In this document: piece after piece, positions 25,981 to 36,854 of the stretch
Layout of the letters: each line of letters begins with the position of its first letter
How positions within the stretch are numbered: position 1 is the stretch's first letter
IMG/VR virus record: IMGVR_UViG_3300021197_001267
Span: 1-59,778 of that record
Length of the DNA: 59,778 nucleotides
Reading direction: 5' to 3' (one strand)
Source of the DNA: a virus
Taxonomy: Duplodnaviria; Caudoviricetes
Position numbers and translations under genes: made by a program
The notes under the pieces: generated by a model
What the model was told of the DNA's origin: nothing
Seen by the model: the letters and a program-made list of their open reading frames with translations, nothing else
Database searches by the model: none

Positions 25981-27453
25981 TTATGCGAATTGTGGTTCAT
26001 CGAGAAGGCCATCCATGAATTTCATGAGGGCATCTTTATCGCCTGCTTCCACTAGTTTTTTAATAGATGATGCTTGGTCTGGGTTGAGTACATACTCACC
26101 TCCAGTAACTCTGACGCCAGTGTCTTCACCCTCTTCTGTGATGACAGCCATTTCGTTTTCGTCGTGAGAGAACTTACCTGGAGTCTTCTGTACTTTACCA
26201 CCCTTTTCCATAGGCACTGGAGCGGCGGAGACGGGATTCAAAACACCCATTCCAATCTTAGCTACGCCCCCGACAGTCGAAGCGATACCAGCCATCCTTT
26301 GTTGTCTTGCCATTGCCTCTGCCTGCTCTGCTTGGTCTAGCTGATTCTGAGCGTATGTAGTCTCTCTTGTGTTCCTAGCCTCCTTAAGACCAATACTTCT
26401 TTCCTGAGCTCCAGCCAAGTCACCAAGAGCTGCTGTCTGCAACTGCTGCTGCTGCAGAACCTCTTGCCTTTGAGCTCTGTTAGCCTGCTGTGTGGCACCT
26501 GCTAAAGCACCTAGCCCTCTAGAACCAAATGAAGTAGCTGCTGCTGTTGTATTCGCAAGGTTCTTGTTGATGTCTTCCGTTCTCATCTGCATGAGTCTAG
26601 CATCATAAGCACCCTTTACTCTCTCGTAGTACTCTGCGGGAGTAGACAGAGATGGTTGAGACGCCTTAAGCCTGTCAATCTCAGCTTGTTGCTTGCGCTG
26701 GTCTGACTGAGCAGACTTGATAGCTCTACCTCCTTGAACAATGTCTGTGATACCACCAGCCACACCCATGACTCCGCCTGCAATCATGCCTGCAGACTCT
26801 AGGTTTAGCTTACCTGCCGCTCCACCTGCACCTGCGCCTGCACCTGCGCCTGCGCCTCCACCTGCACCTGCGCCTGCACCCGCGCTTTTTGTAGATAAGC
26901 TGCTGGGGTCAAACGCAAGAGGAATGTCAGCTTCTTCAGCCATGTCAAAATCCTCAATGCCTGGCAAACTTCTAAACTCCTGAGGGAAATTAGAACTAGT
27001 TGGGCCATCTGGGAAGCTAAGAGGGATGTCTGCCTCTGGTGCATTACCAAAGGACTGCACATTGAACAGGGGATTCTCGCTAGTAAGTGAGATATCCGCC
27101 TCGGGAGCTGGGTCAAAGGGCTGCATACCCGCGAGACCTGGAACAAAGTTACCCGTTCCTGTCGTGTTAAATCCTCCCGTGTAATCTGTTGCCCCTCCTA
27201 GACCGTAAGCCTGCCCAGGAAGTCCCTGCATCTCAAAGTCGTTTTGATTCCCTGCAGAAATTCCCGTGATAGGAATTTGCATAGTAGGCATAAGGCCACG
27301 TGTGGTGGGCCCTCCAACCGCGATTGGTCCTGGCTGAATGCCTGGATACTGCCCAGTAAATGCTCCCGCAGCATTGCGCCTACCGTCCCCCATAGTTGAG
27401 GCAGTCGCTGTCCCTATACGGATAGGGTTTCCAAACTCGTCGTACTCAAACAT
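25981..27453 (-). CDS. putative DNA pilot / ejection protein
   Basis: Gly-zipper hydrophobic segments (AGMIAGGVMGVAGG; GIASTVGGVAKIGMG) around a Q-rich coiled coil; low-complexity N-terminus. Confidence 0.65.
   Translation of the reverse strand: MFEYDEFGNPIRIGTATASTMGDGRRNAAGAFTGQYPGIQPGPIAVGGPTTRGLMPTMQIPITGISAGNQNDFEMQGLPGQAYGLGGATDYTGGFNTTGTGNFVPGLAGMQPFDPAPEADISLTSENPLFNVQSFGNAPEADIPLSFPDGPTSSNFPQEFRSLPGIEDFDMAEEADIPLAFDPSSLSTKSAGAGAGAGGGAGAGAGAGAGGAAGKLNLESAGMIAGGVMGVAGGITDIVQGGRAIKSAQSDQRKQQAEIDRLKASQPSLSTPAEYYERVKGAYDARLMQMRTEDINKNLANTTAAATSFGSRGLGALAGATQQANRAQRQEVLQQQQLQTAALGDLAGAQERSIGLKEARNTRETTYAQNQLDQAEQAEAMARQQRMAGIASTVGGVAKIGMGVLNPVSAAPVPMEKGGKVQKTPGKFSHDENEMAVITEEGEDTGVRVTGGEYVLNPDQASSIKKLVEAGDKDALMKFMDGLLDEPQFA
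26821..26885. repeat. in-frame tandem repeat encoding an Ala-Gly linker
   Basis: CCTGC(A/G) hexamers with a 36 nt higher-order duplication (26821-26856, 26857-26880). Confidence 0.85.
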
Positions 27454-27462
27454 GCTGCTAAT

Positions 27463-30400
27463 TTACTGATTATTATCGTTGTGCAATGAAGAAGATTCAT
27501 ACACAAGATTTACTGCGTAAAGCTCCCTAGCCTCCGCGTCTGTATTCTCTAGTTTAACCTTTGTGTAATAACCTCTTAGGGTATCTCCATCGATACCCCC
27601 AAGACTGACGTTTGCTATGACGTCACCTACCTGTACAAGGGTGGGGCTTACATTGGTGTTAACTGTTGAGGTAGACCCCGAAGCAATACCTGTGATGTTG
27701 ACGCTCGTCGGAAGCCAGGCCGTGCCGCCTGAGGAATACCTAAGACAAATGGCTTGTGGGGCCGTATTGACAGGAGACTTGTTCACATTAGAATCAAACG
27801 TGATTGTATTATTTGAGGTGTCTACCGAAGCCACCGTGCCAACAACCCTAATTGCAGACGAGCCATAGTCAGTGGTGAGCTCATTGGTGATGTCCGAGTC
27901 CGTAACCCTGGGGATTGAGGCGTACTTCATGCCTTCTTTATCGCTCCAGAAGTTAGCATTTATTACTGCAGTACGCTGTAGTTCATTCGAAAGAGTGGCC
28001 TTCCAGGTTGCATTCCCCTCAAGACTCATTGCCTTATAGTACTTAATGCTACTGGGGTTGCCTTTTGAAATGAGCTCAAGCTCAGAGCGGTATGTAGTTC
28101 CGTAAAAGCTATTACGGGTAGATAGCTTATTGTGATACCACATCTGCCCATCCTTAAAGGAGAAGAACCTGTTCTGCACATTGGCATATAGGTCTGGAAT
28201 GAATGAGTAGAATGTCAGCCACTTTTGAGCGTTAGGCGACCAAGCTACTGTTGCTTGTTCGGGGTCTACTGCATCGGCAATACTCATGAGCTCAGTACCT
28301 CCATCAGCATCTGTCTCAATAAGAGTTAAGCAAAAGTCAACTGTGTGGTCTTGCATAGAAATCTGAGCACTCCCTCTGTACAGCTGTCCCTCTACAATAG
28401 TGTCAATTCTAAAGCTGTCTGTAAGAGACTCGCTATTGGGCTCGATGTACACTCCGCTTGTCTCATTTATTCTATCCAGATAAATAATCCCTCTGTGCAT
28501 ATCCTCCCACTTAGGAACGCAAGTCGTATTAGCCCATTCACTCTCATCCCAATCAAGGGGTTCTGTATCCCATGTAAGCAGAAGGTCTGTCTCAAACTTT
28601 GGTTGGACCTTTACGTCTGGGTAGTCGGCGCCCGTTGGTGCTGACGCAGCATAACCTACAGTCGATTGATTGATGACAAGCTTCTTGAAGTCAATGGGTT
28701 CAGTAGTAATTATATACTCACTGTTTTCTGGGTCAAATCCACTAGGGATTCGAGGCCTGGCAACAGCATTGTTTACACCACCAAACAATCCCTCAAAGTA
28801 AGACTCCATCTTCTCGGAGCTGATAGGCGTTATACCTCCCCCATCAATGCGACATACGACACCGCTCCTCACGTCAGAAAAATAAACTTGGCCAAACCTT
28901 GAGACAACTCCCTCTGGAGAATTTCCAGGGCCGTAAGTACCCGCCATAAAGCTTGGTGTGCCAATGACATTTGTAGACGCAACCATTGCGTTATCACTGC
29001 CTAGCTCTACGACATTTCTGTTAATGGGCAGAAGCGAAGCTTTGCTCTCTTGGAGAACCGTGAGAGATTCGTTTCCATCTATAAGCCTAACAACCTCTCC
29101 ATGCTTAGATGGCATGTCGTAGTAGGGGAACAGCGATGGGTTGAAAGAAGATAGATTGAGTACCGATGAATCAAAAGCAAATGGGTCGCTGTACGTGACT
29201 GATGTAGTCCTTCTAATCCTAGCTTGGTCAGGTGTTTCTGCGTGAGGCCTACCTATAGATATCTCCTTAGAATCAAAGAAGTCACTTGCGGAAGCATCTT
29301 CAATATCAAACCTTTTGTAGGTTTGCTTTCTGGGTACGATAGGAGAGAGGGGCAAGGTCGTAGACTGAGATGACGTAGGGGTGAACTCTTCGCTTGCGTT
29401 CACAAGCATTTCCCTGTCCCTCATGTACACATCTCCGTCATTCAGAGTTACTACTCCGTAGTGTGTTGAGTTGTAGCTAGTTGGACTTGAAGAGACATAC
29501 GCTCCTGTATATGAAAGACCTGTTGCTGCTTGTTTGAAGGGTTTGTCTCCAGACACGAAGTAAGAATAACCGCCTGAAACAGGCCTTACACCAGCAACAA
29601 ATACATATCCAACGGAGTTAATTGTAGTGTTACCGCCAGCAGGAACAGTAAGCTTGTCGCCAACATAAAGCCTTGTAGCAGAGAAAAATCTTTGACTGCT
29701 TGTAACCTCAATAGAAACGTTACCTTGCGTAGAGTTAGACCTTGAGCCGCCGTGAGTCCTCTCTCCACTTACCTCAACAATAGGGAAGGACTCCCCAATC
29801 TCGAAGTATACTGGCTCAGAAACATCCTTCTTTGGCCTAAGGATTTCTATGACACATGCCTGACTAAACAGGTCCTTAGCAAGAGCTACATCGCTGCGAG
29901 AGAACCCACCCCTTTCGTTATCCCTTACGCTTAAAAACCAGCCAGACCTTCTGTAGGTGTCATCCTCCTTGCTCTCGTCACCACTAGACGTTTGAGAAAC
30001 AACAAGTGGATTCTCTTCGTTGTCCACAAAATAGTTGTACCCCGTGATGGTAAACTCCACATCGGACGGATACTGTCTCTGACCCTGAGAATCAAGGTGA
30101 GACCTAACGCGCAAGATGTCTCCCTCTACGTATTGATAATCAATCTGCCCACCCTTAAACTCCTTGTATGAATTATTCTTTCCTTCGAGGGGGCGCATTG
30201 CTAGAAATATCGCTGACCTAATGTCATCACCAAGTGCAGTGGCAATAGCCCTACTGTTACTTAAGCTATCTTCTTCCGTCACCCCTACAGGAGAGAGGAT
30301 GTCCCTAAAAAGGGATAGGTTAGGAAGCAGAGCTTCGGAAACAGTGAACTGAAGAAAACTGTCGTAGGTCGTGTTCTTTGAGTACACGGGAGCCCAACGA

Positions 30401-32877
30401 TGTGCCCACTCAGGAGGGGTGTGCAAAAGCCTGAAGTCAATCTCTGTACGGCCTTGCTGACCGTTTCTTCTGGGGTCTCCTGTTGCTGCCACCTCAACTG
30501 AGGAGAGGCGCTGAACTCCACTAGCCCTATTTCTTTTGTCGAAATAGACGGCGCCAAACTCGTGTGTAGCACCAGACTTGAACGACTTGTTTTTATCTGC
30601 CGTACTACCAGAAGGAATCAACGCTCCCGAACCAGACACGCTCATATCCCTGATGGCTGTAGCGTAGGTGGTGTTGCTGAAGGAGCCATCTTTCAGAGGA
30701 TGAGAAGAGCCATTGCTTGATACTTCTCCTGTCTTAATGGTACATGAAATATCTTCACCTAAGTACGTATGCCCTGCGCCAGGGATGCCGTTATTAACGG
30801 CATCGTCGAACTTATCGTCTGGGTAGAAATTAGGAGATGCTGTAAAGGCTTTGTTGGCCGTAAGATTAACATCTTCGTTCATAAATCTAACAAGCACCCT
30901 ACCACTCTCCTGGTCAGCAAAGGCGTCAGGAACCATAGTAAAAGTACCTCCCCACTCAATGTTAATCCACCTTTTATACGCTAGGTTGTCGCCTGTTAGA
31001 GAGGGTGGCTGATAGACGTTTTCGGATATCCTAAGACCCCCAGGACCCAGTTCAGATGCTTGTGTTATTGAAAAAGGGGCACCTGAACTAAAGGTGTTTG
31101 TAATAGATTGAATGACACCGTCGCCCGATGTCTTTGATGCCACGCTTACAACAACACCATTGGCTCCGTTAATCTTGGTGGCTAGAAGATTAAGTATATC
31201 TACTCTGGGAGTTCCTGCGGGGACGTCTAGAGAAACAGAAAAATCAAACCCCCCAACAATCTGCATGTTGTTAAGGGTGCCCTCTCTGTTAAAATTTGTG
31301 TAAGAAATGTTCCCGTTAGTGCTTACAATCGTGGCCTTAGCTGGTTGAAGGATAGTGATTTCCGTATCAGCATGAGAGCCTACGGGACTTCCGTTTGGAT
31401 TCTTTAGGTCAATGTCAACAATAAAAGCTTCCTTGTCGTAGTCAGTATCAGAGCTGGTGCCAGTGTAACTTGTCTTCTGCCCCATACCAATGCCACTGCC
31501 GTCGATGGAGAATGAAATGTTTAATGTTGCATCCTCTTCTACTCCTCCTGCGGGAATTGAAGATAGGTCTACCTCAACCCCGATGGGCTTACCAGAAAGC
31601 GACTGCTGAACATTCTCAAAATTACCCGTAGGGAAATCGGCACCACCGTAGCTAGTGCCTGAATTGTTCTGGAAGTCCTCAAACCTACTTCCGATAGCCA
31701 TAGCCAGGCCGTGATATTCATCGTTAAAATTAGAGAAGGCTGGCCCCGCATTGAAACGAGTTCTTTCGTTTACAAATACATCATTGGCCTCTATCACGTT
31801 GTAGTAGACAGGGTAGCCTATCGCTTCAGTGTTGACGTTGTCAAACCCCTCTACATAGTTACCGTAAAACAAACGGTTGTTCGAAAAGGTTTGGGTGCCC
31901 GCAAGCTGAGGTACAGCGTCAAATGGTTTGTTTGCTGTACTCTCGTCAAGCTGATTGAACAGACCGTCGTTTCTGAATACCACCTTGACCGAGGATTGAG
32001 ACTGTGCGTTGTCAACCTCATCGACCTTTACGAAGTAACCTCCATTGCCGCGCCTAGCATATACCCTGATTTTTTTTACAGGCCCTACAGAACAGTCAAG
32101 AGAAATTTCAATCTCATTGTTTTCTGATTGATAGATATTCTTCTGTGCATTATTAAACGCAAGGTGCGTAGGACTTACAGCAATCTTAGAGTACGGAGAC
32201 AATGCGCTCTGCTCACCGTCATCATAAACATACTGATAGGCAAACTGAAACAGGGCGTCCGAGAGCTGATTTCTTCTAAGGTTCGGGTTGCTCTTAAACT
32301 CAAAGGAGGGTGCCTTAAGAGGTGGCTGCTTGCACACAGAAAGAAACAACTCCTTTTCTGCTGATGTACCAGAAGTGAAGGTGCTTGAGTACGAGCTGGA
32401 CAAGGCCTTGGTAGCGTTAATCTTCCTTGGCTCGTTTCTATTGTCCGTGAAGTAAAGAAGGTGCTCTCCTTTTTGATTGACGATAAGGTCTGAGTCTACA
32501 TAGCCCTGAAGGTTGAAGTTCAAAGAACTGGACTCGTACACCTTTTGATATACATCACTGTCTTCTGTACCTGGTGCGGCGGTGTACTTGTAAATGCCAT
32601 GGTTTCCATTAGCGTTGTACAAGAAGAAGTAGATGCACTTATGTGCCTCTGAACTTGTGGCACCAATAACTTTATTCAACCCTGTAGCGGGGATTGCATC
32701 TGCCGAGGACTTGGAAGCAACACTCTGATTGCCTTCAATGTTCTTGATAACTCCAGCATCCCCATCCTCTTCGTGAGAGATGCGGACATTCAAAGCATCA
32801 ATCATTTCAAACGACTTAAGAATTCTTTCGTCGTCGTCCCTGTTTAGATATTGAGGGATAAGCTTGTCAATCGCCAT
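27463..32877 (-). CDS. tail nozzle/muzzle (stabilization) protein
   Basis: 1804 aa; LNRDDDER...DALNVRI, YFTDNRNEPRKIN, QFAYQYVY.DGEQS..SP.S, NRLFYGNY, SFKSG..H.FG, W.TFYSF.P motifs of Bacteroidota podophage tail proteins. Confidence 0.75.
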   Translation of the reverse strand: MAIDKLIPQYLNRDDDERILKSFEMIDALNVRISHEEDGDAGVIKNIEGNQSVASKSSADAIPATGLNKVIGATSSEAHKCIYFFLYNANGNHGIYKYTAAPGTEDSDVYQKVYESSSLNFNLQGYVDSDLIVNQKGEHLLYFTDNRNEPRKINATKALSSSYSSTFTSGTSAEKELFLSVCKQPPLKAPSFEFKSNPNLRRNQLSDALFQFAYQYVYDDGEQSALSPYSKIAVSPTHLAFNNAQKNIYQSENNEIEISLDCSVGPVKKIRVYARRGNGGYFVKVDEVDNAQSQSSVKVVFRNDGLFNQLDESTANKPFDAVPQLAGTQTFSNNRLFYGNYVEGFDNVNTEAIGYPVYYNVIEANDVFVNERTRFNAGPAFSNFNDEYHGLAMAIGSRFEDFQNNSGTSYGGADFPTGNFENVQQSLSGKPIGVEVDLSSIPAGGVEEDATLNISFSIDGSGIGMGQKTSYTGTSSDTDYDKEAFIVDIDLKNPNGSPVGSHADTEITILQPAKATIVSTNGNISYTNFNREGTLNNMQIVGGFDFSVSLDVPAGTPRVDILNLLATKINGANGVVVSVASKTSGDGVIQSITNTFSSGAPFSITQASELGPGGLRISENVYQPPSLTGDNLAYKRWINIEWGGTFTMVPDAFADQESGRVLVRFMNEDVNLTANKAFTASPNFYPDDKFDDAVNNGIPGAGHTYLGEDISCTIKTGEVSSNGSSHPLKDGSFSNTTYATAIRDMSVSGSGALIPSGSTADKNKSFKSGATHEFGAVYFDKRNRASGVQRLSSVEVAATGDPRRNGQQGRTEIDFRLLHTPPEWAHRWAPVYSKNTTYDSFLQFTVSEALLPNLSLFRDILSPVGVTEEDSLSNSRAIATALGDDIRSAIFLAMRPLEGKNNSYKEFKGGQIDYQYVEGDILRVRSHLDSQGQRQYPSDVEFTITGYNYFVDNEENPLVVSQTSSGDESKEDDTYRRSGWFLSVRDNERGGFSRSDVALAKDLFSQACVIEILRPKKDVSEPVYFEIGESFPIVEVSGERTHGGSRSNSTQGNVSIEVTSSQRFFSATRLYVGDKLTVPAGGNTTINSVGYVFVAGVRPVSGGYSYFVSGDKPFKQAATGLSYTGAYVSSSPTSYNSTHYGVVTLNDGDVYMRDREMLVNASEEFTPTSSQSTTLPLSPIVPRKQTYKRFDIEDASASDFFDSKEISIGRPHAETPDQARIRRTTSVTYSDPFAFDSSVLNLSSFNPSLFPYYDMPSKHGEVVRLIDGNESLTVLQESKASLLPINRNVVELGSDNAMVASTNVIGTPSFMAGTYGPGNSPEGVVSRFGQVYFSDVRSGVVCRIDGGGITPISSEKMESYFEGLFGGVNNAVARPRIPSGFDPENSEYIITTEPIDFKKLVINQSTVGYAASAPTGADYPDVKVQPKFETDLLLTWDTEPLDWDESEWANTTCVPKWEDMHRGIIYLDRINETSGVYIEPNSESLTDSFRIDTIVEGQLYRGSAQISMQDHTVDFCLTLIETDADGGTELMSIADAVDPEQATVAWSPNAQKWLTFYSFIPDLYANVQNRFFSFKDGQMWYHNKLSTRNSFYGTTYRSELELISKGNPSSIKYYKAMSLEGNATWKATLSNELQRTAVINANFWSDKEGMKYASIPRVTDSDITNELTTDYGSSAIRVVGTVASVDTSNNTITFDSNVNKSPVNTAPQAICLRYSSGGTAWLPTSVNITGIASGSTSTVNTNVSPTLVQVGDVIANVSLGGIDGDTLRGYYTKVKLENTDAEARELYAVNLVYESSSLHNDNNQ

Positions 32878-33683
32878 CAGTACTTAGGGGATTGTTTGAA
32901 GTTCTTACGGATAACCTGAAGCGCGTCCTCTTTGCTAAAGGATTGCATTCTAGAGTTGGCTCTCCTCAACTCATTAAAGTATTCGGACCTCGCTCGCGCC
33001 TTCTCCCCTGCAGGAACGGTGCTTTTTCTCTGTACGATTTTGTAGTAGATGTAGGCTCTGAGGGCCTCCTCCGCCATAACATGAACGGTAGGGTTCTCGC
33101 TCCTCGCCTCATCCGCTACATACTCAATCACCACCTCACTCACATTGCTGTCGCCCGCAATCTCTATCCTGTTCTGGTCCAGGTTTAGCCTGTAGTCTCC
33201 TCTGTATTTACCGCCTCCAAAACCATACACCTGACCAACATTACTTTGGTAGATGTAGTTGCTGAATACGACATGGTCGTCTTGCCCAGGTAGTGCCGTT
33301 ACTGGCGAACCCTTGGCGTCCACTCTATCATAAACTCCGTCACCGTTGGAATCAATCAGCTGTCCGCCGCTAGTGGTAGCGTACTTCTGAGACGCATTGA
33401 TGTTTGGGTTTGGACCAAAAACATAGACCAGTCCGTCAGAGCCAACTACACCCACCTTAACCAAAGACACGAAGTCATCTGGCAAATCCACTGTATCGTT
33501 ACCGTTCTTAGTGAGCTTGATTGAACGAACTCGCTGGAGCATGTCAAAGCCCATCTCTCTAATACCCCTCAAAGCGTAATTGTGAACAAGGGTCTCAGAT
33601 ACATTTCTTGAGAAATCCTCCCCCTCAATAGACATGATGAAGTCGTTTACAACCTCTGATACCGTTACTAGATTGCGTGCCAT
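32877..33683 (-). CDS. tail ring / adaptor protein
   Basis: ALRGIREMGFD, LPDDFV..VKV, VVIEYVAD, AEEALRAYIYY; synteny. Confidence 0.65.
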   Translation of the reverse strand: MARNLVTVSEVVNDFIMSIEGEDFSRNVSETLVHNYALRGIREMGFDMLQRVRSIKLTKNGNDTVDLPDDFVSLVKVGVVGSDGLVYVFGPNPNINASQKYATTSGGQLIDSNGDGVYDRVDAKGSPVTALPGQDDHVVFSNYIYQSNVGQVYGFGGGKYRGDYRLNLDQNRIEIAGDSNVSEVVIEYVADEARSENPTVHVMAEEALRAYIYYKIVQRKSTVPAGEKARARSEYFNELRRANSRMQSFSKEDALQVIRKNFKQSPKY

Positions 33684-34405
33684 TATGCTTGTTGTCTTCC
33701 GTAGTTAATCAGAGCAGCATCTCTAAGTGACGTCCCAATCATGCCCGCCAGCTCAACGACAAGCTGCTCTTCCCTGTCTTCTGGTAACTCAAAGTTTATG
33801 CTGCTAGATGAATCAAACACCTCACTGCCCAAGAGGAGCGAGAAACCGTACTGAGGTTGAGATGAGGTGGCGACCCCCGAAGTGGTCATCCCCTCTGGAG
33901 ATTTGTAATATCTGATGTCAATCTTCTTGATTGAGTTGGGGTGAACCTCTAGCTTGTCAGCAACAAGAACAACTGGCTTGCCGATAGACGGCCCTGAAAG
34001 CGTGCTCCTTAGCATGTAGTCCAACCTGTGGGGGTCGTACATGATTTCAATAGGAACAGACGTCACAACCCCCATTAAAACGCTACCGTAAGTCTTCGCC
34101 GATGACATCTTGTAGAAGTCGGCGGGGTATGTGTACTTCAAGTCTGCCTGCCTTTCCTGTGTAGCATTACGCAGATACATTGACAGCTCTTCTCTGACGT
34201 CATTAGTTTTTGACAAGTCGCGCTGCCCGTCTCTACCGCTTAGTCTAATTGATTCTGAAGCCAAGACCTCAGACCACATCTTATTAAACACTGCGGTTTG
34301 TGCGATAGGTGCCATGGTGTTAAACTCTGACGGGCTGATAAAGCCACGCTGCTCCTTGTTGGCAAGGTCCTTTAACACTTCGTATACTCTTTTAACACTT
34401 ATCAT
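33683..34405 (-). CDS. tail ring / head-tail connector protein
   Basis: LANKEQRGFISPSEFN..A..AQ, P.DFY, YYKSP, FELPE; start moved to ATG 34405 after the TATATTTG box at 34426-34433. Confidence 0.65.
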   Translation of the reverse strand: MISVKRVYEVLKDLANKEQRGFISPSEFNTMAPIAQTAVFNKMWSEVLASESIRLSGRDGQRDLSKTNDVREELSMYLRNATQERQADLKYTYPADFYKMSSAKTYGSVLMGVVTSVPIEIMYDPHRLDYMLRSTLSGPSIGKPVVLVADKLEVHPNSIKKIDIRYYKSPEGMTTSGVATSSQPQYGFSLLLGSEVFDSSSSINFELPEDREEQLVVELAGMIGTSLRDAALINYGRQQA

Positions 34406-34436
34406 TTTTAGACTTTTGGGCTTAGCAAATATAACG

Positions 34437-34466
34437 AAAAAGGGGAGGGCCTCCTGGCCACTCCCC
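34437..34466 (-). terminator. intrinsic terminator
   Basis: GGGGAG.GGCC-loop-GGCC.CTCCCC with a T5 tract on the - strand. Confidence 0.7.
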
Positions 34467-34489
34467 CTCGCTCGCCTCACACGCTAATG

Positions 34490-35335
34490 TTAGGCTATCT
34501 CTGCAAGCTGCCTCTCAATATCAGTCAAAACAGAATTGCCGTTATCTGTCATGCAGAATCTAGCAAGAACTTCTACGCCTGACTGCCCCGCAGGGATTGT
34601 AACAATGAGCTTGTTCGTGTCATACCAGACAACAGCACCACCGTTCTCTCTTACAATATCAAAGTCAAAAGCTTGTTTCACCTGCCCTCTTACATTCACC
34701 AATGGATTGGACACCATGTCAAGGAACTTCTGAGGAGTAGAGCGAGCTAGTCGCACAAGGTTACGCTTAACCTCGATGTTCGGCTTATCAATATCAACAT
34801 GCAATGCCATCGCTACTGGAGCTAGGTCGTCGATAGAGGAGCTTTTGATGATACTGATTGCATCATGAATCAAGAACTCCGAAACCACCTCGGACTCAAA
34901 ATCTTTCTTAGCGTTCTCCTTCCTAAACACAGTACCTCCGTTGGCTTGGTTTTGAGGGTGAGCATCCAAGAACGCGATTAGGTTTGGCTTGGAGGGCGGC
35001 ACAATAAGAGACTTCTCATAAAAGAACACTTGCTCTACGGTAGCGTTATCCGATTGCTCGTCGACGAAAATAGACCTCTCCATGGGACAGTATCTAATTT
35101 GTCTTGGGTATCCTTTCTCCTCGTCGTAAACCTGGATGGAGGCTCCCTTGAGCTTCAAGACAATCCCCCCACCTTTATTGACGACAACGTATGATGAGGG
35201 GAGGCTGTCCTGTTTTTGGATTTCTCGCTTAATCTTTTTGGTTCTAGCTACTGGCTGTGTGTCGACAGACTCTACAGTAGGCTTGTTGGCCGCTTTAGGC
35301 GGACGGCCTTTCCGCACGGGTTTCTTACTATCCAT
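34490..35335 (-). CDS. conserved protein downstream of the major capsid gene
   Basis: 281 aa; YDEEKG..RQIRY..ERSIFVDEQ, FLDAHP motifs. Confidence 0.7.
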   Translation of the reverse strand: MDSKKPVRKGRPPKAANKPTVESVDTQPVARTKKIKREIQKQDSLPSSYVVVNKGGGIVLKLKGASIQVYDEEKGYPRQIRYCPMERSIFVDEQSDNATVEQVFFYEKSLIVPPSKPNLIAFLDAHPQNQANGGTVFRKENAKKDFESEVVSEFLIHDAISIIKSSSIDDLAPVAMALHVDIDKPNIEVKRNLVRLARSTPQKFLDMVSNPLVNVRGQVKQAFDFDIVRENGGAVVWYDTNKLIVTIPAGQSGVEVLARFCMTDNGNSVLTDIERQLAEIA

Positions 35336-35366
35336 GATATTAAATTTATTGTATTACTCAAGAAGT

Positions 35367-35393
35367 AAAAGGGGGAGAGCGATTCCCTCCCCC
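35367..35393 (-). terminator. intrinsic terminator after the major capsid gene
   Basis: GGGGGAG...CTCCCCC stem with a T tract on the - strand, 18 nt after the stop. Confidence 0.75.
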
Positions 35394-35411
35394 AGTTACT
35401 ATTCAGTCAAA

Positions 35412-36836
35412 TTACTGCTTAATCAAAACGTGCTGGTTTGCAGCGCGAGTAATCAAGTTGCACTCAGAGCGGTAGTTGAACTGAGCAGCGTCCTTAGAGT
35501 CCGTGTTGAACCCGAGAACACCACCACCAGTTACCCAGTGCTCCATCTCACGGCTGTAGCCGTTAGCTGCCTTGTAGTTCATCTCCAGGGCAGGAGCTCT
35601 GTTACCAGTCTTAGCATCGACCACATTGGCCAAAGGAATCATTGCTCCCGCAAAGCCCTGACCATCCAACAAGGTTGGGTCGTTCAACAACTTCCAGTTG
35701 TGCTTGTGGAAGGTGTAGCCTCCACGAGAGAACGACTTGAAGCCGAGGTTGACGGCCATGTCCTTATCGTTGTTGAATGCACCGTAGCTAACGCTCAGTC
35801 CAGCTGCTGTGGAAGAAGTCCCGCCAGAAGCAATCATATCGTCCAACTTGAGCATCTGAGCCGTGTTGCAGTACATAGCGTACTCAGCAGGGGCTCCTTG
35901 CTTATCAAGAAGGGTGACGATATCATCCAAGTCACTGAACGAGTTTGCGTTGGTACCGATGAGGTCAGTAGTAACGATACCTCTGTCTTCGACAGCAGCA
36001 AAGTATCCTTCTGTTCCGTCGACGCCAGCAGAGGCGTTGGTAGCCTTCTGACCCAACAACAAAGTCATCTCACGCTTATCCATAAAGCGCTGACGAGTGT
36101 CTTGCTCGCCCTTGATGTACCATCTGTAGTCTCCTCCTCCGAGGTCAATGTAGCCAATGTTTGTGGCTTGAGAACCAGTAACCTTAAAGGTTTCCTTTAC
36201 GATTGCGTAAGGGTTAGTTCTCTTGACAACGTTAGATTCGAGGTAGCGGTCGGGCTGGTCTGTTCCCTGAGCAAACATGTTGCCGATGATAGGGAGAGAG
36301 ATACCAGTATCCGAAGCCGCTGTTCTAGCTGCGGCTGCACCGCCACTAGCCAAGCACTCGATAGACAAAGATGCCGCGCCAGTCGTGGCGTCAATGGTTG
36401 GGTCTGCGTCAACAATCCAGCGAGCGCCATCGAGGAGAAGGATGTCTCCCTTTCTAGCAATCAGCTGTTGGTTGCCGCTACCGTCCTCATCGTATCCACT
36501 GCCACCAATGGCGTGCATAGCGTCCAAAGAAGCAGACGTGTCACCAACGGCAATGTCTGCTGCGACGTCGCATAGCTGTCTCTGGTGGAGGCGAGCCTCT
36601 TCCCAGTATGTTACCTCATCCGCTGTTCCAGCGTTGTTTACAGCACCAGTAAGGCTAAGGAAGCCTGTGATGCCTTGGTCGCCAAAAGTCTTGACGAGGC
36701 TTGCGCGAATGTCAGGTGCGTTGACCTGCTTAATAAAATCCTCAAGTGCTGTGTACTTTGAGGGGTCGAGCTGGTTGTAAGCGGAGTTAAAAATCCCCTT
36801 AGGTCCAGCATCTTGAGTTGGAGTAGTCCAAGCCAT
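35412..36836 (-). CDS. major capsid protein
   Basis: 474 aa between scaffold and terminator; WEEARLH, VTGSQATNIGYI, WYIKGEQDTRQRF, GTEGYFAAVEDRG, LGFKSFSRGGYTFHK. Confidence 0.85.
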   Translation of the reverse strand: MAWTTPTQDAGPKGIFNSAYNQLDPSKYTALEDFIKQVNAPDIRASLVKTFGDQGITGFLSLTGAVNNAGTADEVTYWEEARLHQRQLCDVAADIAVGDTSASLDAMHAIGGSGYDEDGSGNQQLIARKGDILLLDGARWIVDADPTIDATTGAASLSIECLASGGAAAARTAASDTGISLPIIGNMFAQGTDQPDRYLESNVVKRTNPYAIVKETFKVTGSQATNIGYIDLGGGDYRWYIKGEQDTRQRFMDKREMTLLLGQKATNASAGVDGTEGYFAAVEDRGIVTTDLIGTNANSFSDLDDIVTLLDKQGAPAEYAMYCNTAQMLKLDDMIASGGTSSTAAGLSVSYGAFNNDKDMAVNLGFKSFSRGGYTFHKHNWKLLNDPTLLDGQGFAGAMIPLANVVDAKTGNRAPALEMNYKAANGYSREMEHWVTGGGVLGFNTDSKDAAQFNYRSECNLITRAANQHVLIKQ

Positions 36837-36854
36837 AATTTTTGTTTTTTGTTT

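Noticed and set aside
35136-36575. 479 aa + strand ORF
   Set aside because: Antisense shadow of the major capsid gene with non-protein-like composition; the same applies to the many short antisense ORFs across the late arm.
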